This document shows, in pieces, positions 20,296 to 30,099 of a stretch of 64,000 nucleotides of DNA. Origin of the DNA: Planctomycetota bacterium (GTDB lineage: Bacteria; Planctomycetota; SZUA-567; H5-PLA8); assembly GCA_038227875.1 (NCBI GenBank), contig JBBRPR010000005.1, forward strand, positions 128,001 through 192,000. Direction: 5' to 3'. How positions within the stretch are numbered: position 1 is the first letter of the stretch; the number at the start of each line of letters is the position of its first letter. Below the pieces are notes generated by a model, which saw nothing but the letters and a program-made list of their open reading frames with translations, ran no database searches and was not told the origin of the DNA. A program made the position numbers and the translations under genes.

Positions 20296-23200
20296 ATGGA
20301 CACGAACACCGTTGGCTATTGGCTGCACGAACCGGGTAAGTTAAGCCGGGGCGCAGTGTTAGACGTCGGGCTGAAGTGCATGCATTCGTGCAAATTCTGT
20401 TACTACAGCTACCTCGACAAGTCCGCCGACCAGTTCGGCGGGATGCGCAAGGCCGACTTCCGGACCGTCGACCAGTGTAAGCAGATTTTGCAGTCGCTGA
20501 AGGCACAAGGCTTTAAAAATTTCGACTACACCGGCGGCGAGCCGGCGCTCCATCCGGACATCATTGAGTTGACCCGCTTTGCTCATAACGACCTCGGGTT
20601 GGTCGGACGCATGATCACGCTCGGGCAGTACCTGATGCGCAAGATGCCCAACTGCCAGTCGCCACGGCTGATCGATGATTTGCTGGGCGCGGGCATCGTC
20701 AATTTCCTCTTTTCGCTGCATGCCGTGGAGGAGGAGTTGTTTCACCGCATCAGCGGCGAGTCGTTCGAAAAATTGCGCTCCGCCATGGAGTATCTCGACA
20801 GCAAAAACTTTCAGTACACGACAAATACGACGGTTTTTGAATGGAATTACCGCCACCTGCCCGACATCGCGCGGGAAGTGGTGAAGCACAACATTTACTT
20901 CCACAATTTCATCATCATGAATGCCTACCATGAATGGAACAAGGACGGCCGCGCGTACGGCGTGCGCGCGAAGTACGCGGACATTCATCCGTACCTGCAG
21001 GAAGCGGTGAACATTCTGGAGAGCGCGAAAGTCGGCGTGAACATTCGCTACGCGCCGCTGTGCGCGGTGAAGGGCATGGAGCGGAATCTCGTCGGCGTCG
21101 TGGGCGTGCGTTACGATCCGTATGAATGGATGAACGTCGGCGGGCACACGGGCGGACCGCCGGAACTGTGCGCCTCGCAGATTCCGATTCAGCAGGGCGG
21201 CGTGGAAGCGTACGTGGCGTACCGGCCAGAGACGGCGAAGCTGCCGAACGGATTGCAACTGTCCGGCGTGCGCGGGAATTTCTTCAAGTGCTTTCCCGAG
21301 AACTGCAAGAGCTGCGCGTCGCGGGATGCGTGCGACGGCATCGATCATCAGTACCTGGGCGCGATGGATCCGGCGGAGTTCAAACCGTACCGCACCGGCG
21401 GCGGCTTTCCGCTGCACCCGGCGCGGCTGGCGTACAAGCCGGCGTACGTTGTGAAGTCGGCGCAATTCACGGATATGAAAACGCTGATCGCCGACGCGTT
21501 CGAGCAGATGAACAACCCGGCGCTGGCGAAGACGGCTGCGAGCGCGACGGAGCTGGTGCGTTGGAAGGAAGGCGACATCACGTTGTTGCGTACGCCGGAG
21601 TTTGCCAATCGCGAGCGCGTGAAAGTGTCGGTGATCATTCCCTGCTACAACTACGCGCGATTTCTGCCCGACGCAGTGGGCAGCGTGCTGCGGCAGACGT
21701 TCGACGATTACGAGATCATCATCGTCAACGATGGGAGCACGGATCATTCGAAGGAACTCGCGGTGAAATTGCTGAGCGAGAATCCGGCGCGGCCGATGCT
21801 GCTGATCGACCAGCCCAACGCGGGGCAGCCGGCGATTTCGCGCAACAACGGCATCCGCCGCGCGCGCGGTGAATACATTTTGTGCCTCGACGCCGACGAC
21901 CTGATCGAACCGACGATGCTTTCGGAATGTGCGGCGGCACTGGACGCGAATAAGAATGTGGGCGTCGCGTACACGGACCGCTGCGATTTCAACAACGACA
22001 ACCCGTCGGATCAGAAAATCTACAAGGCCGAGCCCTATAACCTGCACCGGCTGCGGACGGCGTGCCACATCTGGTGCTGTTCGATGTTCCGCAAGACGGC
22101 GTGGGAGAAAGTCGGCGGCTACCGCACGAATGTGCGAGGGATGGAGGACTGGGATTTCTGGATCGCCTGCGGCGCGAAGGGTGTTTACGGGCACTACATT
22201 CCAAAACCGCTCTTCGATTACCGTCTGCACGGCGAGAGCCTGTTCACGGAAGTGAAGAAGAATTTCCAGGCGAAGATGGCGCAGGTGTTCCTGAACAATG
22301 CGGAACTGTACACGCCGGAAGAACTGGCCTGGGCGCGCGGTCTGCTGGGGCAGGCGGCGCCGGCTCCCTCGACGTCGCCGAGCTTCGATCCGAAGACGTC
22401 GACGGTGCTGCTCTTCACCGACGATCCGACGACGTACGGCACGGCGCAGTACAACCACATGCTGCTGTGCGAACTGCACAAGCATTGGGGAAAAGTGGTC
22501 TGCGTGCAGAGCCGCGCGGAAAATACAATGGTGAAAGAGCGCGTGGCGCTGGGGATTGAACATCAATTCCTGGAGTACGACACGGTCAACAATTTCTCGA
22601 AGACGGTGACCGATACCGAGACGGCACAGCGCATTTTCTCAGCGGTGAAGCCGGCGTTGATCATCTTCAGCGACTGCTGTCCGTTCTCGAGCTTCGCCGG
22701 AAAGCACACGGCGATGGCGATGAAGATTCCGATCGTCACCGTTGTGCACTGCACCGCGCCGTACCTCGCCAAGAATCTGCCGCAGCTGCTGGAGCCGCTG
22801 AAAGTTCAGTATGCGTATGCGCGGAGCGTGATCACGGTTTCCAACGCGAGCTTGAAACTGCTGCATCAGCATTACGGATTGGCGGCGAACAAAGGTGTCG
22901 CGATTTACAACGGGCGTCCGCATCGCTACTTTGCGGCGATTGATCTGGCGGCGCGCGAGAATCTGCGGAAGGCGCATGGGATTCCCGATCAGGCGGTCGT
23001 CTGCCTGACCACGGCGCGGCTGGAAAAAGCGAAGGGTTATCAACATCTGCTGCCGGTGATGGAGCGACTGAAGACGGAGAAGGACTGGTCGAAGCTCTAC
23101 TTCGTCTGGGCCGGCAAGGGGCCGCTGGAGGAGATTCTGCGGCGCGAATTGAAGGCGCGCGGCGTGCTCGACCATGTGCGCATGATCGGTGAGTGCGAGA

Positions 23201-25479
23201 ACGTGCCGGAATGGCTGTCGGCGTCGGACATCTTGATTCATCCGTCGCATTTCGAGACGATTTCGCTATCGGTGCTGGAAGCGATGGCGCGCGGACTGGC
23301 GGTGGCGGCATCGAGCGTCGGGGGAGTGCCGGAGGCGCTGGGCAGCACGGGCAAGTTGCTGGCGGACCCCACGCAGGACGAAGGCAAATTCACGCTCGAA
23401 CTGACCGAGACGCTGCTGAGCTGGACGCGTGACGCGAAGCTGCGCATGGAGACGGGCGCGCAGAGCCGCAAGCGCGCGGTCGAGATGTTTACCGAGCAGC
23501 GGATGCTGCGCGACACGCTGGCGGTGCTGGACGCGGCGCTGAAAAATCCCGCAGCGAAGGCACCTGACACGGCGAAGCCGACGGGGATGAGCGACGCGAC
23601 GGCGAAAGCGACCAGTGAGATTGAACAGGCGCGGAGCACGTGGCAGTCGTGCCGCAACTTTGCGAAGATGTGGGAGACGGCCCCGCCGGAAAAACTGCAG
23701 GAGATGTTCCAGGGCAACCACGGCGACATCTTCCGGCGCATCCAGGGGTCGGGTATCAAGAACATGCCGCTGGACGCAACCGACCGCATGACGCTGACGC
23801 GGCTGTCGGCGGAGATCGCAACCAACCCGCGCCATCCGACGGTGATCGGAAAATTGATCGCGTGCATGCTGCTGGGCCAGCCTCATCACATGAATGTGCC
23901 GTGCGAGATCTTCCCGATTCCCGACTGGCTGATCGACGATTTCACGCGCCATCTGTTTCCGCGCGATTATCCGTTCTACGACGTGGGCGAGGCGGATGCG
24001 TACCGAAATTGCATCACGCGCTGGGTGGATTATTTCCACGAGAAGATCAACGCCGAATCGAGCCTCTATTGGCGGAAAGTCGCGCTGCATTTCAAATTCA
24101 TCAACTCGTTCATGCGGCTGTATTTCACGGCGGCGAACCTGAAGTCGCTGTCGGTCAAGATGGCGGCGATCTGCGAACAGGCGATGCGCTACGAAGGCTG
24201 CGCCATTGACTGGACGCCGCCGAAGCCTGAACCCGGTGCGCGATTGCGGCTGGGTATCGTCTGCCAGGACTTCGGGCCGCGCACGGAGACGTTCACGACG
24301 CTGCCGTGCTTCGAGCACCTCGATCGCTCGAAATTCGAGATCTTCGCGTACGCCGTCGGCACCGGCGAGTGGGAGACGGAGAAGCGGGTCAGATCCCTAG
24401 TCGACCATTTCACCGTGCTGCCAAAAGTCGAACGCGAGCAGGTCAGCTCGATCCGCAACGACAATCTCGATTGCCTGATCATCGGCACGAATTGTTCGGC
24501 AGTGCTGAACACGCCGCGATTCCTGGCGTTCCATCGGCTGGCGCGCGTGCAGGTCGTGAATAACTCGACGCCGGTGAGCACGGGCATCCGCAACGTGGAC
24601 TATTATCTGTCCGGCACGCTGAACGAACCGGAAAAGGGCGCGGACGATCATTACAGCGAGAAGTTGCTGAAGCTTGAAGGCCCCGTCCACTGCTTCAATT
24701 ACACGGCCGATACGGGCGCGCCGACCGTGGCGTTGACGCGCGCGATGCTGGGCGGCGGCAACGGGGAAACGCTGTTTGTCTCGGGCGCGAACTTCTACAA
24801 GATCGTGCCGGAGATCCGCCACACGTGGGCGCGGATCCTGGCGGCGGTGCCGAATTCGAAGCTGGTGCTCTATCCGTTTAATCTGAATTGGGCGAATGCG
24901 TACCCAACGTCGGTATTCGTCGACGCGGTGCGCGCGGTCTTCGCGAAGTACGGCGTCGACGGCGGGAGGAGGCTAACGATCTGCAACACGCTGCCGGCGC
25001 GCGCGGACATTCACAGTCTGCTGAAGAATTGCGACGTGTACCTGGATTCGTATCCGTTCACGGGCGTTAATTCGACGTTCGACCCGCTGAGCGTCAACGT
25101 GCCGCCGGTGGTGCGGCGCGGCGAAAATTTCCGCTCGATGATGGCCTCGTCGCTGTTGCGCGACCTGAATCTGCCGGAACTGGTCGCGGACACGGAAGAG
25201 GACTACATCCGCCTGGCCGTCGAGTTGGGCTCGCAGCCGGAGCGTCGCGAAATGCTGCGCACCAGGATCCAAGCCAGCTTCTCAGCTTCGCCGCGTTTCC
25301 TCGATACGGTGCAATACGGCCAGCAGATGAACGAGCTGCTGCAGCGAATCTGCACGGAAACGGGAGCTCCTCCGGGGATCGCGGTGACGCCGGGCAGTTA
25401 CAAAGTCATTGGACCGAATGCCCCCTGCCCGTGTTCCAGCGGCCGGAAGTATAAACGCTGTTGCGGCGCATCGGTTTGA
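20296..25479 (+). CDS. Multidomain fusion: radical SAM + GT2 + GT4 + GT41-like glycosyltransferase + SEC-C motif
   Basis: CMHSCKFC and GGEP; CKSCASRDACDG; VSVIIPCYN...NDGSTD...LDADD...EDWD; ETISLSVLEAMARG; RLARVQV...SGANFYKI...DVYLDSYPF; PNAPCPCSSGRKYKRCCG; GGGAG RBS before ATG 20296. Confidence 0.9.
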   Translation: MDTNTVGYWLHEPGKLSRGAVLDVGLKCMHSCKFCYYSYLDKSADQFGGMRKADFRTVDQCKQILQSLKAQGFKNFDYTGGEPALHPDIIELTRFAHNDLGLVGRMITLGQYLMRKMPNCQSPRLIDDLLGAGIVNFLFSLHAVEEELFHRISGESFEKLRSAMEYLDSKNFQYTTNTTVFEWNYRHLPDIAREVVKHNIYFHNFIIMNAYHEWNKDGRAYGVRAKYADIHPYLQEAVNILESAKVGVNIRYAPLCAVKGMERNLVGVVGVRYDPYEWMNVGGHTGGPPELCASQIPIQQGGVEAYVAYRPETAKLPNGLQLSGVRGNFFKCFPENCKSCASRDACDGIDHQYLGAMDPAEFKPYRTGGGFPLHPARLAYKPAYVVKSAQFTDMKTLIADAFEQMNNPALAKTAASATELVRWKEGDITLLRTPEFANRERVKVSVIIPCYNYARFLPDAVGSVLRQTFDDYEIIIVNDGSTDHSKELAVKLLSENPARPMLLIDQPNAGQPAISRNNGIRRARGEYILCLDADDLIEPTMLSECAAALDANKNVGVAYTDRCDFNNDNPSDQKIYKAEPYNLHRLRTACHIWCCSMFRKTAWEKVGGYRTNVRGMEDWDFWIACGAKGVYGHYIPKPLFDYRLHGESLFTEVKKNFQAKMAQVFLNNAELYTPEELAWARGLLGQAAPAPSTSPSFDPKTSTVLLFTDDPTTYGTAQYNHMLLCELHKHWGKVVCVQSRAENTMVKERVALGIEHQFLEYDTVNNFSKTVTDTETAQRIFSAVKPALIIFSDCCPFSSFAGKHTAMAMKIPIVTVVHCTAPYLAKNLPQLLEPLKVQYAYARSVITVSNASLKLLHQHYGLAANKGVAIYNGRPHRYFAAIDLAARENLRKAHGIPDQAVVCLTTARLEKAKGYQHLLPVMERLKTEKDWSKLYFVWAGKGPLEEILRRELKARGVLDHVRMIGECENVPEWLSASDILIHPSHFETISLSVLEAMARGLAVAASSVGGVPEALGSTGKLLADPTQDEGKFTLELTETLLSWTRDAKLRMETGAQSRKRAVEMFTEQRMLRDTLAVLDAALKNPAAKAPDTAKPTGMSDATAKATSEIEQARSTWQSCRNFAKMWETAPPEKLQEMFQGNHGDIFRRIQGSGIKNMPLDATDRMTLTRLSAEIATNPRHPTVIGKLIACMLLGQPHHMNVPCEIFPIPDWLIDDFTRHLFPRDYPFYDVGEADAYRNCITRWVDYFHEKINAESSLYWRKVALHFKFINSFMRLYFTAANLKSLSVKMAAICEQAMRYEGCAIDWTPPKPEPGARLRLGIVCQDFGPRTETFTTLPCFEHLDRSKFEIFAYAVGTGEWETEKRVRSLVDHFTVLPKVEREQVSSIRNDNLDCLIIGTNCSAVLNTPRFLAFHRLARVQVVNNSTPVSTGIRNVDYYLSGTLNEPEKGADDHYSEKLLKLEGPVHCFNYTADTGAPTVALTRAMLGGGNGETLFVSGANFYKIVPEIRHTWARILAAVPNSKLVLYPFNLNWANAYPTSVFVDAVRAVFAKYGVDGGRRLTICNTLPARADIHSLLKNCDVYLDSYPFTGVNSTFDPLSVNVPPVVRRGENFRSMMASSLLRDLNLPELVADTEEDYIRLAVELGSQPERREMLRTRIQASFSASPRFLDTVQYGQQMNELLQRICTETGAPPGIAVTPGSYKVIGPNAPCPCSSGRKYKRCCGASV

Positions 25480-25508
25480 CCGGGCCATTCAAGATTCAAA
25501 AAGGCACG

Positions 25509-25530
25509 CGGTAGAGGGACCTCTCTACCG
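25509..25530. repeat. GTAG...CTAC hairpin (REP-like or terminator)
   Basis: CGGTAGAGG-GACC-TCTCTACCG between convergent genes. Confidence 0.45.
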
Positions 25531-25660
25531 TGTTGCGTAATTGGCGAGTTCTGCGTATTGTCCGTTTGTATTATTTTGGTTGGAAGTTTCAGCGCAGGTA
25601 TACGAATTATCAACTTTGGGAATATTATCAATATTGAGAATAATAAATTCGGGAGACCAA

Positions 25661-26098
25661 TTAATGCCAATATATTGTTTCGTCGCGCTCTTTAAAGTGG
25701 AGCAGTGAGTGCAGGATACGATTGAGTACTTCACAAATAATTAAGCCTAAAACCAGAGCGCTCGCCAGTGCTGCGCCGTTGAGCAGGGCGTGATGCGCGT
25801 CGAAGTTGAGCGGGACTGAGGTCTCTTCGACGACTTCGGTGTCCGAATGTCCGATGTTCTTTCCGCGGCTGTCGAAGAAGCCTTCGCCAGGCTCGTACCG
25901 GAATTTGGTCGCACCGGTCATCATGGCGTAGGGCCAGCCACGCTCGGATTTGACGTCGCCGACGCCGCTATTGCCGCGCATTACGATGAACGTATATTGT
26001 TGGCAATTTGCGACAATAAAGCAGAGCGACAGGACGCCGAGAATTATCCCGGTTGAGGTGTGGAGTTGATACCAGCGGTCTTTTCTCTCGTCGCCCAT
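25661..26098 (-). CDS. Small membrane protein with 'QLhxST...N...GWP' module
   Basis: Two hydrophobic helices; motif shared with 31247..31780; lies in an AT-richer segment. Confidence 0.65.
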   Translation of the reverse strand: MGDERKDRWYQLHTSTGIILGVLSLCFIVANCQQYTFIVMRGNSGVGDVKSERGWPYAMMTGATKFRYEPGEGFFDSRGKNIGHSDTEVVEETSVPLNFDAHHALLNGAALASALVLGLIICEVLNRILHSLLHFKERDETIYWH

Positions 26099-26322
26099 AG
26101 CGAAATATCTATTCGCAATTAACAAACCAATTTACGAAGAAACAAAATGCAACAAATTTCCGAATCGGAAGGTTATTTCCGAGACTCAGATTGCAGTTTG
26201 CAACCCCGCAGTTTCGTCTGGCAGTTTCGGCCAAATAAAAGGGACTGCTGGATAGTCGCTCGATTTTGAGATATAAAGAGTAGTGACGGTGGCAGGTTGC
26301 AATTAACTCCTGAGGGAGCGCG

Positions 26323-27531
26323 ATGCTCTCCGCGCGGGCATATTCACTTCGCATGCAGGTCATGCTCGCCATCTCACTGTCGTGGGTTGGCGGCTTTACC
26401 AACGTCCTGACCTTTTTGTGCTGCGACAAGGCATTCACCTCCCACATGACAGGTAATTCGACGAACTTCGGCCGCGCGCTGGCGGAAGGCTCGTGGTCTG
26501 AATTTGGATTTTACGGCGCGATTCTCATGTCCTTCTTTTTTGGCGCTGCCATCTCCGCGGCCTTGACCGAAGGCGGCCGGCAGCTGGGCCATCGTTCGAA
26601 TTACATTCTGCCGCTGGGCGTCGAAGCGTTGCTGCTGATCGGCATGATGGCGATCCACCAGTTTCTGCGCAGCAATACGTTTGCGATCGACTTCGGCATG
26701 CCGCTGATCGGCGCGTTTGCGATGGGAATCCAGAACGCGACGATCACCAAGATTTCCGGCAGCGTCGTGCGCACCACGCACGTCACCGGCGTGATGACCG
26801 ACCTGGGCCTGGAAGGCATGCAGTACGTGCTGTGGTGCTGGCGGCAGGCGCGCGGATTTCAGATCAACCGCACGCGCCGAATCTTGCGCGTATCGCAACG
26901 CCATCCGACCGCGCAGCGCCTGATGGTGCTGTACGCAATCTACCTGTCGTTCGTTGGCGGCGTGATCGGCGCGACGCTCGCGTTTCCGCGCACCAGTTCG
27001 TGGGCGCTGATCGTTCCGGTGTTGTTCCTCTGCTACCTGATCCGGGTCGATTGGCGCCGGCCGATCGCGGACATCCGCGAACTGGATCCGATGAGCGACC
27101 CGGAGCTGCGCATGCACGGGCTGCTGCACTCCCTGCTGCCGCGGGAGCTGGCGCTCTTCCGGCTTTCGCATCTTCACGACGATCCGAATCATCCGACGCC
27201 GAATTACCATTTGTGGATCGAACGCATCCCCGCGGAAAAAACCGTGGTAATCCTGGCCTTTTCGCCGCTGATGAAAATCAAATCGCGCTCGATCGAGGAC
27301 CTTGAGCTGGTCGCCAAACGCCTGCGCGATACGGGCCGGTCGCTGATCGTGGCGGGCCTGACGCCGATTCAATACCGCATTCTCGACCGGCGCGGTTTCA
27401 TTCAGACGATCGGCATCGAGTCGGTGCATCCCGACCTGGAATTTGCGATCGCGCATGCGTCGGCGCTGATCCGCGAGCGGAGCGTCGAACGCGTGCGCGC
27501 GGACGCGGCGCCGGAACTGGCGCGGTCATAA
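26323..27531 (+). CDS. YoaK/DUF1275 family membrane protein with C-terminal STAS-like domain
   Basis: FTSHMTGN, MGIQNA, VRTTHVTGVMTDLG; C-terminal VVILAFS...LIVAGL...ILDRRGF...DLEFAI. Confidence 0.85.
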   Translation: MLSARAYSLRMQVMLAISLSWVGGFTNVLTFLCCDKAFTSHMTGNSTNFGRALAEGSWSEFGFYGAILMSFFFGAAISAALTEGGRQLGHRSNYILPLGVEALLLIGMMAIHQFLRSNTFAIDFGMPLIGAFAMGIQNATITKISGSVVRTTHVTGVMTDLGLEGMQYVLWCWRQARGFQINRTRRILRVSQRHPTAQRLMVLYAIYLSFVGGVIGATLAFPRTSSWALIVPVLFLCYLIRVDWRRPIADIRELDPMSDPELRMHGLLHSLLPRELALFRLSHLHDDPNHPTPNYHLWIERIPAEKTVVILAFSPLMKIKSRSIEDLELVAKRLRDTGRSLIVAGLTPIQYRILDRRGFIQTIGIESVHPDLEFAIAHASALIRERSVERVRADAAPELARS

Positions 27532-27537
27532 AAATCG

Positions 27538-27568
27538 TCCGGGGAGAAAGCAGGGCTTCCTCCCCGGA
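27538..27568. terminator. Hairpin between convergent genes
   Basis: TCCGGGGAG-AAAGC-AGG-GCTTC-CTCCCCGGA. Confidence 0.6.
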
Positions 27569-27571
27569 GTG

Positions 27572-28333
27572 TTAGTTCGCGCTGATGCGCTTCTGCACGT
27601 ATTCGGAATACTCTTCGCGCATGGGCAGTTCCTGGTCGCGCTTGATGCGGCGGCGCGTCGTGGTAACGGCTGCGCCGGTTTGCGGATTTAACGAGTCCTT
27701 CTGGTACTCTTCCCAATACAGCCCAATGCCGCGCTTCTGCCAGTTGGGGACGTCATTGAAGTTGAGCCCGTATTGAAAGAGCAGCTCGTTCTTCTCAGCG
27801 ACGGACATGCCATTGAGTTTCTCCGTCGCCGCGCGGACGCTCAGATTTTCCCTGCGCAGACGCCAGTAGCAGTGGGCGCTCAGCGCGTTGCGGTGCGCGT
27901 CTTCGTTGCGCCAGCGAAAGTAGTCCACGACCAGCGCTTCATTCGGGAACTGAGCGATGCGGCAGTCGAAGCACGCGTGGGCGCCAAGCAACAACGAAAA
28001 CGCGGCGCTGGCTTCACCGGCAAGAATGGAATCGTACTTCCGCAACTTGCGGCCGAAGCCCTCCTCCGCGGGGTGGAAGAGCAGCGAGATTTCGTCGCTC
28101 TGCGTGTAACCATAGATCACGCGAAAGCCGCAGTTCATCAAGTGCTCGGTGGTCTGCGCCATCATATCGCGCATACGCGCGTCGAAGGGGCTTTCGAACT
28201 GGTGGACTTCCTTGGTCAGCCGCGTGAAGCTGCGTCCGTCTATGCGCGCGACCATGTACATGCCGGGCAGGACGCAGACGTCGCCAGCCGTCTCATAGAC
28301 GCGCATTTTTGAATCCAGATCGTCAAATTTCAT
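27572..28333 (-). CDS. tRNA(His) guanylyltransferase Thg1-like protein (3'-5' RNA polymerase family)
   Basis: ARIDGRSFTRLT, YTQSDEISL, FDCR, DYFRWR; ATG 28333 after GGAGG. Confidence 0.93.
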   Translation of the reverse strand: MKFDDLDSKMRVYETAGDVCVLPGMYMVARIDGRSFTRLTKEVHQFESPFDARMRDMMAQTTEHLMNCGFRVIYGYTQSDEISLLFHPAEEGFGRKLRKYDSILAGEASAAFSLLLGAHACFDCRIAQFPNEALVVDYFRWRNEDAHRNALSAHCYWRLRRENLSVRAATEKLNGMSVAEKNELLFQYGLNFNDVPNWQKRGIGLYWEEYQKDSLNPQTGAAVTTTRRRIKRDQELPMREEYSEYVQKRISAN

Positions 28334-28784
28334 GCCTCCACTCCTCAACGATAAACGTGTGTTCGTTTCCTTTTTGCCGTTCCATTCGGACGTAGTACAG
28401 CGTGTCGAAACCTTCACTCAGCGCCGGACGCGTCAGGCGGCCGTATACGCCAAGCACGCCTTTCTCGGGTACCTGCTGCTCCGGCGGGCGCATTGCGTTG
28501 CGCGCCAGACTCTCGTGAATTTTGGACTCGAAGTAATAGCCCACAACGCGAAAACCCGCCGGACGAGCCAGTGCGATGTACTTGGCGCGCTGCTCGGAAC
28601 TGACATTGGTGTTATCGATGACGAATGGTTGCTTAGCGCTGATGCAGGCGGCCAGCAACAGGTCCTCGCGATGCCGTGTGCGCAGCATGTCGAGGTTGAT
28701 GCGGATGTGCGTGTTGAAAAACCGCTCGGCAAAGAACGTGGACTTGCCCGTGGCTTGAATGCCAACGAAGAGGATTGCTTCCAT
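28323..28784 (-). CDS. P-loop kinase (AAA_33 / polynucleotide-kinase-like)
   Basis: GIQATGKST, INLD, VIDNTN...R, RNAMR lid; stop overlaps the Thg1-like start. Confidence 0.85.
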   Translation of the reverse strand: MEAILFVGIQATGKSTFFAERFFNTHIRINLDMLRTRHREDLLLAACISAKQPFVIDNTNVSSEQRAKYIALARPAGFRVVGYYFESKIHESLARNAMRPPEQQVPEKGVLGVYGRLTRPALSEGFDTLYYVRMERQKGNEHTFIVEEWRHEI

Positions 28785-28924
28785 GATAGTCGATCGCTTT
28801 ACTATTCATCGCGGTTCCATCCGTTCTCGGCACTAAACCACGCGAAAGTGCATTCGTCAATATCTGCAAACGAAAACAGCGCGCAGATGCGCGCTGTTTT
28901 CTAAAGAACATGTCGAGTCCTTTG

Positions 28925-29755
28925 CTACACGCGGGCCAATTCGGCAATGCGCTCGGGTTTGTTTTCCACGCGCGTCCACCAGTTGATGAGGTCGAACTTC
29001 GAGTCGCCGATCAGGGAGCGCCAGAGCTTGATGCGGTTCATGATCTCGCGGCGGGTTTCGTGGCCGTGCCAGGGGATATCTTCCTGGAGAATCCGGGCGA
29101 CGTCGGGGTGCTGCACGTCATCGGTGTTGAACAGGCGTTCCTGCTTGACTGACGCATTGAGGCGCAGCTTGAACATATAACGCATGCGATCGGTGAAATT
29201 CGAACGCGCGGCGTGCCAGATGTTGTGGTGCCAGAAGACCAGTGAGCCGGCGGGGCAGACGGTCTGGATCTGGCCGACGATATTCTGGTAGCGCATCAGT
29301 TTGAAAACGTGCGCGCGGCGGAAGTGGCTGCCGGGGACGAAGAGCGTGCCGCCCATGTCCGGGGTGACGGCGTGCGGGAAGAACGAGAGCTGGATGTCGA
29401 AGTGTTCAAAGCGGACATCGTACTCCGCGTCCTGATGGACGTTCTCTTCGCGCTGCGTGTGCGCCGGGACGGTGTGGATGGCGTGGTGATCGTAAAGCGG
29501 ATTCGGGCCGACGAGGCTTTCGATGATCCCTTGCACGCGCGGCAGCGTCAGCACTTTACTGATCGCCGACTGCGGAGCCCAGACGTCGCTCAGCGGGCGC
29601 ATGCGGTACTCGGAATGGCGCAGCGCTTCGGTGTTGAAATCGTTCATCACCGCTGCGCAGAGGTCCGGCGGCACGATGCTGTCGAAGCGCAGGTAACCGT
29701 CCGTGACGAAGCGGGCCATTTCGCGCGAATTCAACCTCAGGTCGTTAGTGGACAT
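28925..29755 (-). CDS. PhyH family Fe(II)/2OG dioxygenase
   Basis: HQD, GGTLFVPGSH, IWHAARSN...R; GGAGG RBS. Confidence 0.88.
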   Translation of the reverse strand: MSTNDLRLNSREMARFVTDGYLRFDSIVPPDLCAAVMNDFNTEALRHSEYRMRPLSDVWAPQSAISKVLTLPRVQGIIESLVGPNPLYDHHAIHTVPAHTQREENVHQDAEYDVRFEHFDIQLSFFPHAVTPDMGGTLFVPGSHFRRAHVFKLMRYQNIVGQIQTVCPAGSLVFWHHNIWHAARSNFTDRMRYMFKLRLNASVKQERLFNTDDVQHPDVARILQEDIPWHGHETRREIMNRIKLWRSLIGDSKFDLINWWTRVENKPERIAELARV

Positions 29756-30068
29756 CGATCTCCTCCAGTTTTTCGAAGACGAATTCAAAGGGAAGGTACG
29801 AGAGTTCGTACTCCTGGCCGGGGTACGGCGGGCGCAGCGGTGGGTAGACGATCACGCGCCATCCGTCGAGCAACGCCGCCAGGCCATTGGGATAGGGCGG
29901 AACGGCGTTGCCGGACGCGGTGTACTTTTCCTTGCCGGTGCCGTCGTAAAAAGACCAGCCGGTGACGGCGGATTCCAGATTGGAATTGCCCAGGTAAAGC
30001 ACGAGCAGTTTCTGGCGGAGCGCACGGCGCGCCGGCTTGACTGGGGATTCGAGCGTGGATTGGGTCAT
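29745..30068 (-). CDS. Small hypothetical protein translationally coupled to the PhyH gene
   Basis: AGGAG RBS; WSFYDGTG...PPY...DGWRVI...EFVFEK; stop overlaps the PhyH start. Confidence 0.75.
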   Translation of the reverse strand: MTQSTLESPVKPARRALRQKLLVLYLGNSNLESAVTGWSFYDGTGKEKYTASGNAVPPYPNGLAALLDGWRVIVYPPLRPPYPGQEYELSYLPFEFVFEKLEEIDVH

Positions 30069-30099
30069 GTCGTTTTGTCTCCTGGGGGACTTCAAAGAT

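Noticed and set aside
25398..25734. Short minus-strand ORFs in the AT-rich patch, also 26109..26447
   Set aside because: Overlap real genes, with no RBS or motif; probably intergenic or decayed DNA
26285..26345. Possible fluoride riboswitch before the YoaK-like gene (GCGATG...CGC)
   Set aside because: Lacks the conserved GATGG...CC stem and downstream pseudoknot partner; overlaps the start codon
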